From a virus (lineage: Duplodnaviria; Heunggongvirae; Uroviricota; Caudoviricetes), in IMG/VR virus record IMGVR_UViG_2698536450_000022: 8,985 nucleotides of DNA. One strand, written 5' to 3'. The position numbers were made by a program, and so were the translations under genes. The notes beneath the pieces were generated by a model. That model did not search any database and was not told the DNA's origin. It was given only the letters and a program-made list of their open reading frames with translations. Shown one piece after another: positions 1 to 6,975 of the stretch; positions within the stretch are counted from its first letter, which is position 1; each line of letters opens with the position of its first letter.

Positions 1-981
1 TTATAACGTCACTCCGCCTTTTAGTGGATTCAGAGCGACGGCATTTTGCAGATAGTCAGGCGCAAGGTGCGCATAGGCCATCGTCTGCTGAATGCTCGCA
101 TGTCCCAGAATCTGTTGCAGTGCGATTATATTGCCCCCATTCATCATGAAATGGCTTGCGAATGTATGCCGCAGGATGTGGGTTGCCTGATTGGGTGGTA
201 TATCAGGTTTCACTCTGCGTAAAATCCCGCAAAATTTCTCATAATCAACTTTGAATAATTTGGCGCTGGCCTCCTCTTTAACTTTTTTCTCCAGTTCCTC
301 AGAAATCGGCACGGTTCGCTTTTTACCGTTTTTGGTTTTCAGGAAGGTAACCCTGCAATTTGTAATCTGTGCTGGTTTTAGCGTGGCAACTTCCGTCCAT
401 CTTCCTCCGGTGCTCAGACATAAAAGCGCGACAAGTAAGTCATCACCAGCCAAAACATTTAACAGTTTTTCGATTTCTGCTTTTTCCAGGAACGTCATTT
501 CAGGGTTGGCCTCCGCCAGTGGCGGCAGTCCGTGAATTGGGTGTTGCCCGGAAAATTCATCCAATTGAATTAATTTTGTGAACATGCCGGATAATCGGTA
601 CATGTCACGGTTTATCGTTGCGGCACTGATACCATCACGTAGTCGCATGGAACGATAATCCATCAAAGCCCTTTTGCTCATCCTGCTCACTGGTATATCA
701 CCTATGCCGCTGATGGTTTTGAGTAGATGATTAAACTCTTTTGTTCCATGCTCGTGGTTTTGCCCGTGATATTTCCACCAGATGTCCAGCAACTCACTCA
801 AAGTCCGGCGGTCTGCTCGCTGGCCTCCCCATTCTTTCTGACTGGCATTGGCGATTGTGTATCGCTCAAATGCTAGTGCTTCAGCTTTTCTTTCGAATTT
901 CCTGCGGATGCGTTTTCCGTCGCGACCGCGAGGTCTAATGTCCACTTCATAGCGACCATCATCGAGCTTCTTAATTGCCAT
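1..981 (-). CDS. int: P2-like prophage integrase (tyrosine site-specific recombinase). The ORF is open to 1011, but the preferred start is the internal ATG at 981 (MAIKKLDDGRYEV...), which has a GGAGGG Shine-Dalgarno about 7 nt upstream; the ATG at 1011 has none.
   Basis: Complete minus-strand ORF with stop TAA at 1-3. The C-terminus carries the tyrosine recombinase catalytic signature (HILRHTFASHF ... LGHASIQQTMAYAH, i.e. H-x-x-R ... Y). N-terminus MAIKKLDDGRYEVDIRP and the length match P2 Int as recalled from memory. Sits immediately downstream of the C repressor, as in P2. Confidence 0.9.
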   Translation of the reverse strand: MAIKKLDDGRYEVDIRPRGRDGKRIRRKFERKAEALAFERYTIANASQKEWGGQRADRRTLSELLDIWWKYHGQNHEHGTKEFNHLLKTISGIGDIPVSRMSKRALMDYRSMRLRDGISAATINRDMYRLSGMFTKLIQLDEFSGQHPIHGLPPLAEANPEMTFLEKAEIEKLLNVLAGDDLLVALLCLSTGGRWTEVATLKPAQITNCRVTFLKTKNGKKRTVPISEELEKKVKEEASAKLFKVDYEKFCGILRRVKPDIPPNQATHILRHTFASHFMMNGGNIIALQQILGHASIQQTMAYAHLAPDYLQNAVALNPLKGGVTL

Positions 982-1050
982 AAGAAAGCCCTCCGGCGCT
1001 GTATTCACCATCTTGGTAGCAAATGGTGAAAATGTAATCTTTATATAGAG

Positions 1051-1344
1051 TTAGCCAATCCTTTTCGCGGAGTGGTTGGACTCTGTTGACTCTGGCCCAA
1101 TGTGCGCGAGAGCCGGTGCGATTTGTCCTGCGTCCGGCGCGGTTTTATCTGTCATAAGCCATAGAGCATATTTTTGGAATGTGGGATGCATAGTGATTTT
1201 TAGCAAAGCTGTGCCACCGGGTTCAAAGTTTCCTCCTTCATATTTTTTAAGTGTGCTTAGCGGTAACTCTATGATTTCACAGAATTTTGATTGGCTTAGC
1301 CCTTCAGCCTCACGCAAGGCCTTAATCTTTTCGCTTAATTTCAT
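1051..1344 (-). CDS. C: Immunity repressor, P2 C-like (97 aa)
   Basis: 97-aa minus-strand ORF directly upstream of int and divergent from cox. Size is close to P2 C (99 aa) and the C-terminal segment ...YALWLMTDKTAPDAGQIAPALAHIGPE... resembles P2 C as recalled. The N-terminal half has an HTH-like pattern (LSQSKFCEIIELPLSTLKKYE). Confidence 0.8.
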   Translation of the reverse strand: MKLSEKIKALREAEGLSQSKFCEIIELPLSTLKKYEGGNFEPGGTALLKITMHPTFQKYALWLMTDKTAPDAGQIAPALAHIGPESTESNHSAKRIG

Positions 1345-1465
1345 TTGACATGGTGCCTATATAGGGACTAAATTCCCTCAAAACTGGAACCTATATAGGT
1401 TCCATTGATTTGAGAATAAACCAGCATCTAAACGGTTTTGAGTGGTTTAGAAAGGGCTGGATCCT
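1345..1465. promoter_or_regulatory. Lysogeny/lytic switch region (divergent Pc/Pe-type promoters) with operator-like palindromes
   Basis: 121-bp intergenic region between divergent C and cox. TTGACA at 1345-1350 with a candidate -10 TAAATT at 1369-1374 (18-bp spacer) reads rightward toward cox. The 10-bp palindrome CCTATATAGG occurs twice (1356-1365 and 1390-1399); the second copy is embedded in a perfect 18-bp palindrome GGAACCTATATAGGTTCC (1386-1403). A further AGGGA-N6-TCCCT repeat lies at 1363-1378. Confidence 0.55.
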
Positions 1466-1753
1466 ATGAGGGTACCATATATGGACGCTGAAAATTATGT
1501 GATTCAGTATCCGCTTGATGCGGTTCATGTGGATAAATTTGCTGATTTATTAGGGAAGCCAAAGACAGCCGTCAGTGAAATGGTGAAGGCAAATAAATTA
1601 CCAATTATTGAATTGCGTGATCCTTGCAAACCGAAGGCTCGTGCCGGTGAAAAATGGGTTTTCATTCCTGAGTTTAATCGCGCTGTACGTGAGGCGTTTT
1701 ATAACCGACCGGTTGAACAGCGTGATGCATGGCTTTTGTGGATGGGGTTGTGA
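1466..1753 (+). CDS. cox: Cox-like excisionase / transcriptional repressor of the lysogenic promoter (95 aa)
   Basis: First gene of the rightward operon, divergent from C, as in P2. Size is close to P2 Cox (91 aa). The pattern ...KLPIIEL.DP....AGEKWVFIPEFN......RD.WLLWMGL matches what I recall of P2 Cox. Confidence 0.75.
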   Translation: MRVPYMDAENYVIQYPLDAVHVDKFADLLGKPKTAVSEMVKANKLPIIELRDPCKPKARAGEKWVFIPEFNRAVREAFYNRPVEQRDAWLLWMGL

Positions 1754-1755
1754 TT

Positions 1756-1926
1756 ATGAATGAGCCGCGTTGTATTGCTCAGTTATTGCGTAACGAAAGC
1801 CCCAGGGCGATTGACTTCACCATCACCCACGGTAAGGGGCGTAAGGGAATCATTATCCGCACCAAAAAACAGAGTCCGTTAAAAAAGGCTCTGACCTTTC
1901 TGAAAAGCCGGAGGGTATGGAAATGA
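1756..1926 (+). CDS. Small hypothetical protein at the P2 orf78 position (56 aa from the ATG at 1756; the ORF is open from 1729)
   Basis: ORF between cox and B. The ATG at 1756 lies 2 nt after the cox stop (1751-1753). The protein is basic (MNEPRCIAQLLRNESPRAIDFTITHGKGRKGIIIRTKKQ...). Its stop overlaps the B start (ATGA at 1923-1926). Confidence 0.45.
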   Translation: MNEPRCIAQLLRNESPRAIDFTITHGKGRKGIIIRTKKQSPLKKALTFLKSRRVWK

Positions 1927-2423
1927 CAGTGATGACGCTCAATCTCGTTGAAAAACAGCCAGCAGCTATGCGCCGGATAATTGGCAAGCATCTTGCCGTC
2001 CCTCGCTGGCAGGATACATGTGATTATTATAATCAGATGATGGAGCGCGAACGGCTAACGGTTTGCTTTCATGCACAGTTAAAACAGCGTCACGCAACGA
2101 TGCGTTTTGAAGAAATGAACGACGTCGAACGTGAACGACTGGTTTGTGCAATTGATGAATTGCGTGGCGCATTCTCAAAACGCCGTCAGGTCGGCGCAAG
2201 TGAGTATGCATATATTAGTTTTTTAACAGTCAGTCAGCGTCGTACTTTATTTATGCATGCGGGATTGACAGAAAAAGAATTCAATCAGCCGTACTGGCGA
2301 ATTAATGAAGAATCATGTTACTGGCGTGATGCTTTATTCCGTGCATTACGTGAATTATTCAGTCTGTTTGAGTATGCACCGACAATTCTGACGTCGGTAA
2401 AACCAGAGCAATATCTGCATTAA
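1923..2423 (+). CDS. B: Replication protein B-like (P2 B is a DnaB helicase loader); 166 aa from the ATG at 1923, ORF open from the ATG at 1917
   Basis: Position after cox/orf78 matches P2 gene order. GGAGGG at 1910-1915 gives a 7-nt spacer to the ATG at 1923 but only 1 nt to the ATG at 1917. A length of 166 aa from 1923 equals P2 B as recalled. Confidence 0.75.
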   Translation: MTVMTLNLVEKQPAAMRRIIGKHLAVPRWQDTCDYYNQMMERERLTVCFHAQLKQRHATMRFEEMNDVERERLVCAIDELRGAFSKRRQVGASEYAYISFLTVSQRRTLFMHAGLTEKEFNQPYWRINEESCYWRDALFRALRELFSLFEYAPTILTSVKPEQYLH

Positions 2424-2444
2424 ATAATTAACCAGAGTTTTTAA

Positions 2445-2472
2445 CGCACTTAATCGTGCGGGGCTTCTTTTT
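2445..2472 (+). terminator. Weak hairpin plus T-tract downstream of B (candidate attenuator or terminator)
   Basis: CGCAC (2445-2449) / GTGCG (2456-2460) form a 5-bp stem with a 6-nt loop, followed by GGGCTTCTTTTT (2461-2472). The stem is short, so this is tentative. Confidence 0.3.
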
Positions 2473-2486
2473 GCCTGGAGAAAGTC

Positions 2487-2711
2487 ATGCATACAGTTTC
2501 TGAAAATCAGTGCGGTAAATACGCATTACTGCTGCAACAGGCCAGAACCGAAGCACAGGCCGACGCTGCGACGCGCTTTTCTTCTCATCTTGACGCCATG
2601 ATTCGCCACATCACAAAGGCGGAGTTATCCCGCGTGGAGATAGTTGAGCTGCTCAGTCAGGAGTCGGAAAAATTTCACAATATCGGATTGTCTCGCGGGG
2701 AGGTGCTTTGA
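2487..2711 (+). CDS. Small hypothetical protein (74 aa), P2 orf80 position
   Basis: ORF with a GGAGAAAG Shine-Dalgarno 5-6 nt upstream of the ATG at 2487. Its stop TGA (2709-2711) overlaps the next start (TGATG). Confidence 0.6.
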   Translation: MHTVSENQCGKYALLLQQARTEAQADAATRFSSHLDAMIRHITKAELSRVEIVELLSQESEKFHNIGLSRGEVL

Positions 2712-3013
2712 TGTCCTGTTCTCGTTCGGTTGTATTACTGAATAACGCCTTAAAAATCGCCGTTATGAAAAATGGTGATTTGTCTCTTATTCAACTTGGT
2801 ATTGATAAAGAGAAGCGCGAAATAACTGAATCTGTTATCGCGATTTATCAGAGTGAATTAAACCTCCTGTCTGATGTGGTCAATTTACTTGTTAAACGCG
2901 CTGTATTCCACAAGCAAATTTCCTCAGTGGATGAACTGACAAAATTAACGACAGAACTCGCCAGTTATTGCGCTGATGAATTTAAGAAGCTGAACGACAA
3001 AAGGAGCTGGTAA
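2711..3013 (+). CDS. Small hypothetical protein (100 aa), P2 orf81 position
   Basis: The ATG at 2711 overlaps the upstream stop. The track's start at 2708 is a TTG one codon earlier. The stop TAA (3011-3013) overlaps the next ATG (TAATG). Confidence 0.6.
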   Translation: MSCSRSVVLLNNALKIAVMKNGDLSLIQLGIDKEKREITESVIAIYQSELNLLSDVVNLLVKRAVFHKQISSVDELTKLTTELASYCADEFKKLNDKRSW

Positions 3014-3237
3014 TGCCGGACAACGTGGATTTTATTCAGGAACAACAGGCTGAATTACTGGAGCGCCAGATTAACGCGGCAAGGGTAAAACATTGCGGTG
3101 TTTCTGCGCTGGTTTGCGAAGAGTGTGACGCGCCAATACCTGCTGCCCGTCGTGCGGCTTATCCGTCAGCCACGCGTTGTGTTTCCTGTCAGTCAGTCTT
3201 TGAAGCAAAAAACAAACATTACCGGAGAACGGCATGA
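3013..3237 (+). CDS. TraR/DksA-family C4 zinc-finger protein (74 aa), P2 orf82 position
   Basis: Two CxxC pairs with appropriate spacing (LVCEEC ... RCVSCQ) follow an N-terminal acidic/helical segment, typical of TraR/DksA-type small zinc fingers. Translationally coupled on both sides. Confidence 0.7.
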   Translation: MPDNVDFIQEQQAELLERQINAARVKHCGVSALVCEECDAPIPAARRAAYPSATRCVSCQSVFEAKNKHYRRTA

Positions 3238-3509
3238 GTATTCGTATTGAAATTGGCGAACGTTATGTCGTTACCAGTGACAGCTTTCAGTTTATTCTCC
3301 ACGAGAAAAAGAGAGCGGAAAGCGGTAAAAACGCCGGTCAGGAATGGCTGGCGGTGGTTGGTTATTACCCGAAATTAGGCCAGCTCGTTTCCGGCCTGAT
3401 GCATCACGATATTCTGACCGGAAGCGCAAAATCTTTTGCTGATTTAAACGCGCAGGTTGAGCAACTCAGCAAGCGTTGTTCAGAGGCTTTTGGCTCATAT
3501 GGCCGTTAA
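3234..3509 (+). CDS. Small hypothetical protein (91 aa), P2 orf83 position
   Basis: ATGA overlap with the upstream gene at 3234-3237. The 3' end overlaps the A start by 11 nt. No recognisable catalytic motif. Confidence 0.6.
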   Translation: MSIRIEIGERYVVTSDSFQFILHEKKRAESGKNAGQEWLAVVGYYPKLGQLVSGLMHHDILTGSAKSFADLNAQVEQLSKRCSEAFGSYGR

Positions 3510-5772
3510 AGCCTCCGGGCGTTTTGTCCCTCCGTCAGCATTTACCGCAGGCACCGGTAAGGCGTTTACCGGTGCTTATGCATGGAACGCGCCACGCGAG
3601 GCTGTCGGGCGCGAAAGACCTCTTACACGTGACGAGATGCGTCAGGTGCAAGGTGTTTTATCCACGATTAACCGCCTGCCTTATTTTTTGCGCTCGCTGT
3701 TTACTTCACGCTATGACTACATCCGGCGCAATAAAAGCCCGGTGCACGGGTTTTATTTCCTCACATCTACTTTTCAGCGTCGTTTATGGCCGCGCATTGA
3801 GCGTGTGAATCAGCGCCATGAAATGAACACCGACGCGTCGTTGCTGTTTCTGGCAGAGCGTGACCACTATGCGCGCCTGCCGGGAATGAATGACAAGGAG
3901 CTGAAAAAGTTTGCCGCCCGTATCTCATCGCAGCTTTTCATGATGTATGAGGAACTCTGCGATGCATGGGTTGATGCGCATGGTGAAAAAGAATCGCTGT
4001 TTACGGATGAGGCGCAGGCTCACCTGTATGGTCATGTTGCTGGCGCTGCACGTGCTTTCAATATTTCCCCGCTCTACTGGAAAAAATACCGTAAAGGACA
4101 GATGACCACGAGGCAGGCATATTCTGCCATTGCCCGCCTGTTTAACGATGAGTGGTGGACTCATCAGCTTAAAGGCCAGCGTATGCGCTGGCATGAGGCG
4201 TTACTGATAGCTGTCGGGGAGGTCAATAAAGACCGTTCTCCTTATGCCAGTAAACACGCCATTCGTGATGTGCGTGCGCGCCGCCAGGCAAATCTGGAAT
4301 TTCTTAAATCGTGTGACCTTGAAAACAGGGAAACCGGCGAGCGCATCGACCTTATCAGTAAGGTGATGGGCAGTATTTCTAATCCTGAAATTCGCCGGAT
4401 GGAGCTGATGAACACCATTGCCGGTATTGAGCGTTACGCCGCCGCAGAGGGTGATGTGGGGATGTTTATCACGCTGACCGCGCCGTCAAAGTATCACCCG
4501 ACACGTCAGGTCGGAAAAGGCGAAAGTAAAACCGTTCAGCTTAATCACGGCTGGAACGATGAGGCATTTAATCCAAAGGATGCGCAGCGTTATCTCTGCC
4601 GTATCTGGAGCCTGATGCGCACGGCATTCAAGGATAATGATTTACAGGTCTACGGTTTGCGAGTCGTCGAGCCACACCACGACGGAACGCCGCACTGGCA
4701 TATGATGCTTTTTTGTCATCCACGCCAGCGTAACCAGATTATCGAAATCATGCGTCGCTATGCGCTCAAAGAGGATGGCGACGAAAGAGGAGCCGCGCGA
4801 AACCGTTTTCAGGCAAAACACCTTAACCGGGGCGGTGCTGCGGGATATATCGCGAAATACATTTCAAAAAACATCGACGGCTATGCACTGGATGGTCAGC
4901 TCGATAACGACACCGGCAGGCCGCTGAAAGACACTGCAGCGGCTGTTACCGCATGGGCGTCAACGTGGCGCATTCCGCAATTTAAAACGGTTGGCCTGCC
5001 GACAATGGGGGCTTACCGTGAACTACGCAAATTGCCTCGCGGCGTCAGCATTGCTGATGAGTTTGACGAGCGCGTCGAGGCTGCACGCGCCGCCGCAGAC
5101 AGTGGTGATTTTGCGCTGTATATCAGCGCGCAGGGCGGGGCAAATGTCCCGCGCGATTGTCAGACTGTCAGGGTCGCCCGTAGTCTGTCGGATGACGTTA
5201 ACGAGTACGAGGAAGAAGTCGAGAGAGTGGTCGGCATTTACGCGCCGCATCTCGGCGCGCGTCATATTCATATCACCAGAACGACGGACTGGCGCATTGT
5301 GCCGAAAGTTCCGGTCGTTGAGCCTTTGACTTTAAAAAGCGGCATCGCCGCGCCTCGGAGTCCTGTCAATAACTGTGGAAAACTCACCGGTGGTGATACT
5401 TCGTTACCGGCTCCCACACCTTCTGAGCACGCCGCAGCAGTGCTTAATCTGGTTGATGACGGTGTTATCGAATGGAGTGACCCGGAGGTCGTGAGGGCGC
5501 TCAGAGGTGCATTAAAACACGGTCGGAGAACGCCAAGTCGTCAGCAAAGAAACGGAAGCCCGTTAAAACCACATGAAATTGCACCATCGGCCAGACTGAC
5601 CCGGTCGGAAAGAATGCAAATTACCCGTATCCGCGTTGACCTTGCTCAGAACGGTATCAGGCCGCAGCGATGGGAGCTTGAGGCGCTGGCGCGTGGCGCG
5701 ACCGTAAATTATGATGGGAAAACGTTTTCATATCCGATTTCTGATGGTTGGGCGGGATTTGAAACAAACTAA
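3499..5772 (+). CDS. A: Rolling-circle replication initiator (P2 gpA-type HUH replication endonuclease); 757 aa from the ATG at 3499, ORF open from the TTG at 3457
   Basis: HUH-type metal-binding motif ...HHDGTPHWHMMLF (HH at 4675-4680, PHWH at 4690-4701). Paired active-site tyrosines in GYIAKYISKNIDGY (Y codons at 4846-4848 and 4858-4860). Size and position after B and the small ORFs match P2 gene A (761 aa as recalled). The ATG at 3499 gives MAVKASGRFVP... Confidence 0.9.
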   Translation: MAVKASGRFVPPSAFTAGTGKAFTGAYAWNAPREAVGRERPLTRDEMRQVQGVLSTINRLPYFLRSLFTSRYDYIRRNKSPVHGFYFLTSTFQRRLWPRIERVNQRHEMNTDASLLFLAERDHYARLPGMNDKELKKFAARISSQLFMMYEELCDAWVDAHGEKESLFTDEAQAHLYGHVAGAARAFNISPLYWKKYRKGQMTTRQAYSAIARLFNDEWWTHQLKGQRMRWHEALLIAVGEVNKDRSPYASKHAIRDVRARRQANLEFLKSCDLENRETGERIDLISKVMGSISNPEIRRMELMNTIAGIERYAAAEGDVGMFITLTAPSKYHPTRQVGKGESKTVQLNHGWNDEAFNPKDAQRYLCRIWSLMRTAFKDNDLQVYGLRVVEPHHDGTPHWHMMLFCHPRQRNQIIEIMRRYALKEDGDERGAARNRFQAKHLNRGGAAGYIAKYISKNIDGYALDGQLDNDTGRPLKDTAAAVTAWASTWRIPQFKTVGLPTMGAYRELRKLPRGVSIADEFDERVEAARAAADSGDFALYISAQGGANVPRDCQTVRVARSLSDDVNEYEEEVERVVGIYAPHLGARHIHITRTTDWRIVPKVPVVEPLTLKSGIAAPRSPVNNCGKLTGGDTSLPAPTPSEHAAAVLNLVDDGVIEWSDPEVVRALRGALKHGRRTPSRQQRNGSPLKPHEIAPSARLTRSERMQITRIRVDLAQNGIRPQRWELEALARGATVNYDGKTFSYPISDGWAGFETN

Positions 5773-5781
5773 CAATAATGA

Positions 5782-5883
5782 TTGACATGCTTGATTTTGT
5801 ATTCACAAATCAAGCATCAAGTAAACATCGATGATGAGAAAGAACAATGCTACAATCCCCACAGCATTAGAAGGAGGTTTATC
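5782..5883 (+). promoter_or_regulatory. Promoter/operator region of the methyltransferase gene
   Basis: TTGACA at 5782-5787. Perfect 9-bp inverted repeat GCTTGATTT (5789-5797) / AAATCAAGC (5807-5815) with a 9-bp spacer. Extended -10 TGcTACAAT at 5848-5856. Shine-Dalgarno AAGGAGG at 5871-5877, 6 nt before the TTG at 5884. Confidence 0.55.
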
Positions 5884-6933
5884 TTGATTAAGGTTGTTGA
5901 TTTATTCTGTGGCGCGGGTGGCTTGACTCACGGTCTTCAGAAGTCGGGGCTTAATGTAGTTGCAGGTTATGATATAGATGCAGCCTGTCGATTTGCCTAT
6001 GAGACAAATAATAAATCACTCTTTGTCCAGAAAAGTGTTACAGACATTGAGGACGGCGAATTAGTTAAATATTTCGAAGGAGCGAAGGTTCGAGTTTTGG
6101 CTGGTTGTGCCCCATGCCAACCTTTTTCAAGCTATACCAATAGTGCTAAATTAGGGGTAGTACGTTCAAAAGATAAAAGATGGTCTTTGCTTTATAGCTT
6201 TGCTAAGCAAATTAAATTTGCAAAGCCAGATATTATTACAATGGAAAACGTTCCCCGAGTGGTGAATCATAAGGTTTTTAAGGACTTCATTAAGTCTCTT
6301 AAAAATGATGGCTATTTTGTTTGGTATGGGGTGGTGTTTTGTCCAGACTATGGAATGGCACAAAGTCGTTCAAGATTAGTGTTATTGGCATCAAAATATG
6401 GAGAAATAGAAATAATTCCACCAACTCATGAGAAGAATGATTATAAAACGGTGCGAGATATAATCGGTAATCTTCCTGAAATTAGTGCCGGTGCTGTTCA
6501 CGCTGGAGATAAACTACATCGCTCTGCATCATTATCTGATATTAATATAAAAAGAATAATGGCATCAAAACCTGGTGGAACATGGCGTGATTGGCCAGAA
6601 GAGCTAAGAGCAAAATGTCATACAAAAGAAAGTGGTTCTACATATACTGCTGTATATGGGAGAATGTGTTGGGATAAACTTGGACCGACAATTACAACTC
6701 AATGTATTGGATATGGGAATGGACGCTTTGGGCACCCTGTCCAAAATAGAGCATTAAGTTTAAGAGAGGCTGCGCTATTACAGTCATTCCCAGAAAAGTA
6801 TGAGTTTTGGCCTGATGATGTAAAAATTGAAATGAGAACAGTTGCGCGTTTAATAGGTAATGCTGTTCCTGTTAGGCTTGGTGAGGTCGTAGGTGAAACT
6901 ATTTTAAAACATTTGTCAGAAATGAATATTTAA
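5884..6933 (+). CDS. DNA (cytosine-5)-methyltransferase, Dcm/C5-MTase family; about 349 aa from the TTG start at 5884 (ORF open from the ATG at 5782, but that extension lacks an RBS and looks non-coding)
   Basis: Canonical C5-MTase motifs in order: motif I DLFCGAGG (5899-5922), catalytic motif IV GCAPCQPFSSY (PCQ at 6112-6120), motif VI ENV (6244-6252), motif VIII QSRSRLVLL, and C-terminal motifs IX/X ...RLIGNAVPVRLGEVVGE. A variable region between VIII and IX is consistent with a target-recognition domain. Confidence 0.9.
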   Translation: MIKVVDLFCGAGGLTHGLQKSGLNVVAGYDIDAACRFAYETNNKSLFVQKSVTDIEDGELVKYFEGAKVRVLAGCAPCQPFSSYTNSAKLGVVRSKDKRWSLLYSFAKQIKFAKPDIITMENVPRVVNHKVFKDFIKSLKNDGYFVWYGVVFCPDYGMAQSRSRLVLLASKYGEIEIIPPTHEKNDYKTVRDIIGNLPEISAGAVHAGDKLHRSASLSDINIKRIMASKPGGTWRDWPEELRAKCHTKESGSTYTAVYGRMCWDKLGPTITTQCIGYGNGRFGHPVQNRALSLREAALLQSFPEKYEFWPDDVKIEMRTVARLIGNAVPVRLGEVVGETILKHLSEMNI

Positions 6934-6945
6934 AACTTATGTCAT

Positions 6946-6969
6946 CCCCCCTGTCAAAAAACAGGGGGG
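6946..6969. terminator. GC-rich hairpin between the convergent methyltransferase and nuclease genes (candidate bidirectional terminator)
   Basis: CCCCCCTGT (6946-6954) pairs with ACAGGGGGG (6961-6969) around a 6-nt loop CAAAAA. It lies 13 nt after the MTase stop and 7 nt before the minus-strand stop. No strong U-tract on either side, so intrinsic termination is uncertain. Confidence 0.4.
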
Positions 6970-6975
6970 GTATAA

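Noticed and set aside
251-938. Plus-strand ORFs 251-535, 369-581 and 741-938 inside the integrase gene
   Set aside because: They lie entirely within the well-supported minus-strand integrase CDS, have no RBS and give low-complexity translations; they are shadow ORFs.
1076-1348. Plus-strand 90-aa ORF overlapping the C repressor gene
   Set aside because: Antisense to a motif-supported repressor gene, with no RBS and no recognisable domain.
1779-2211. Minus-strand ORFs 1779-1991 and 1966-2211 overlapping orf78 and B
   Set aside because: Antisense shadow ORFs within the rightward early operon; Cys/His/Arg-rich translations typical of non-coding frames.
3457-3498. TTG at 3457 as the start of gene A (the track's 771-aa version)
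   Set aside because: It has no Shine-Dalgarno and would overlap the preceding gene by 53 nt. The ATG at 3499 gives the MAVKASGRF N-terminus expected for a P2-type A protein.
3476-5329. Internal ORFs 3476-3808, 3925-4194, 4991-5329 and 5023-5271 within gene A
   Set aside because: All are nested in, or antisense to, the motif-supported replication initiator gene.
1-5772. Reading the left 5.8 kb as a P4-like satellite or an integrative conjugative element
   Set aside because: The gene order int, C, cox, B, small ORFs, A with an HUH rolling-circle initiator matches the P2 early region. There is no P4 alpha primase-helicase and no conjugation gene.
5782-5883. ATG at 5782 as the methyltransferase start (34-aa N-terminal extension)
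   Set aside because: No RBS; the extension spans the palindrome and promoter elements and has no HTH or other motif. The TTG at 5884 with AAGGAGG upstream is far better supported.
6166-6363. Minus-strand 65-aa ORF inside the methyltransferase gene
   Set aside because: Antisense to conserved MTase motifs; an artefact of AT-rich sequence.
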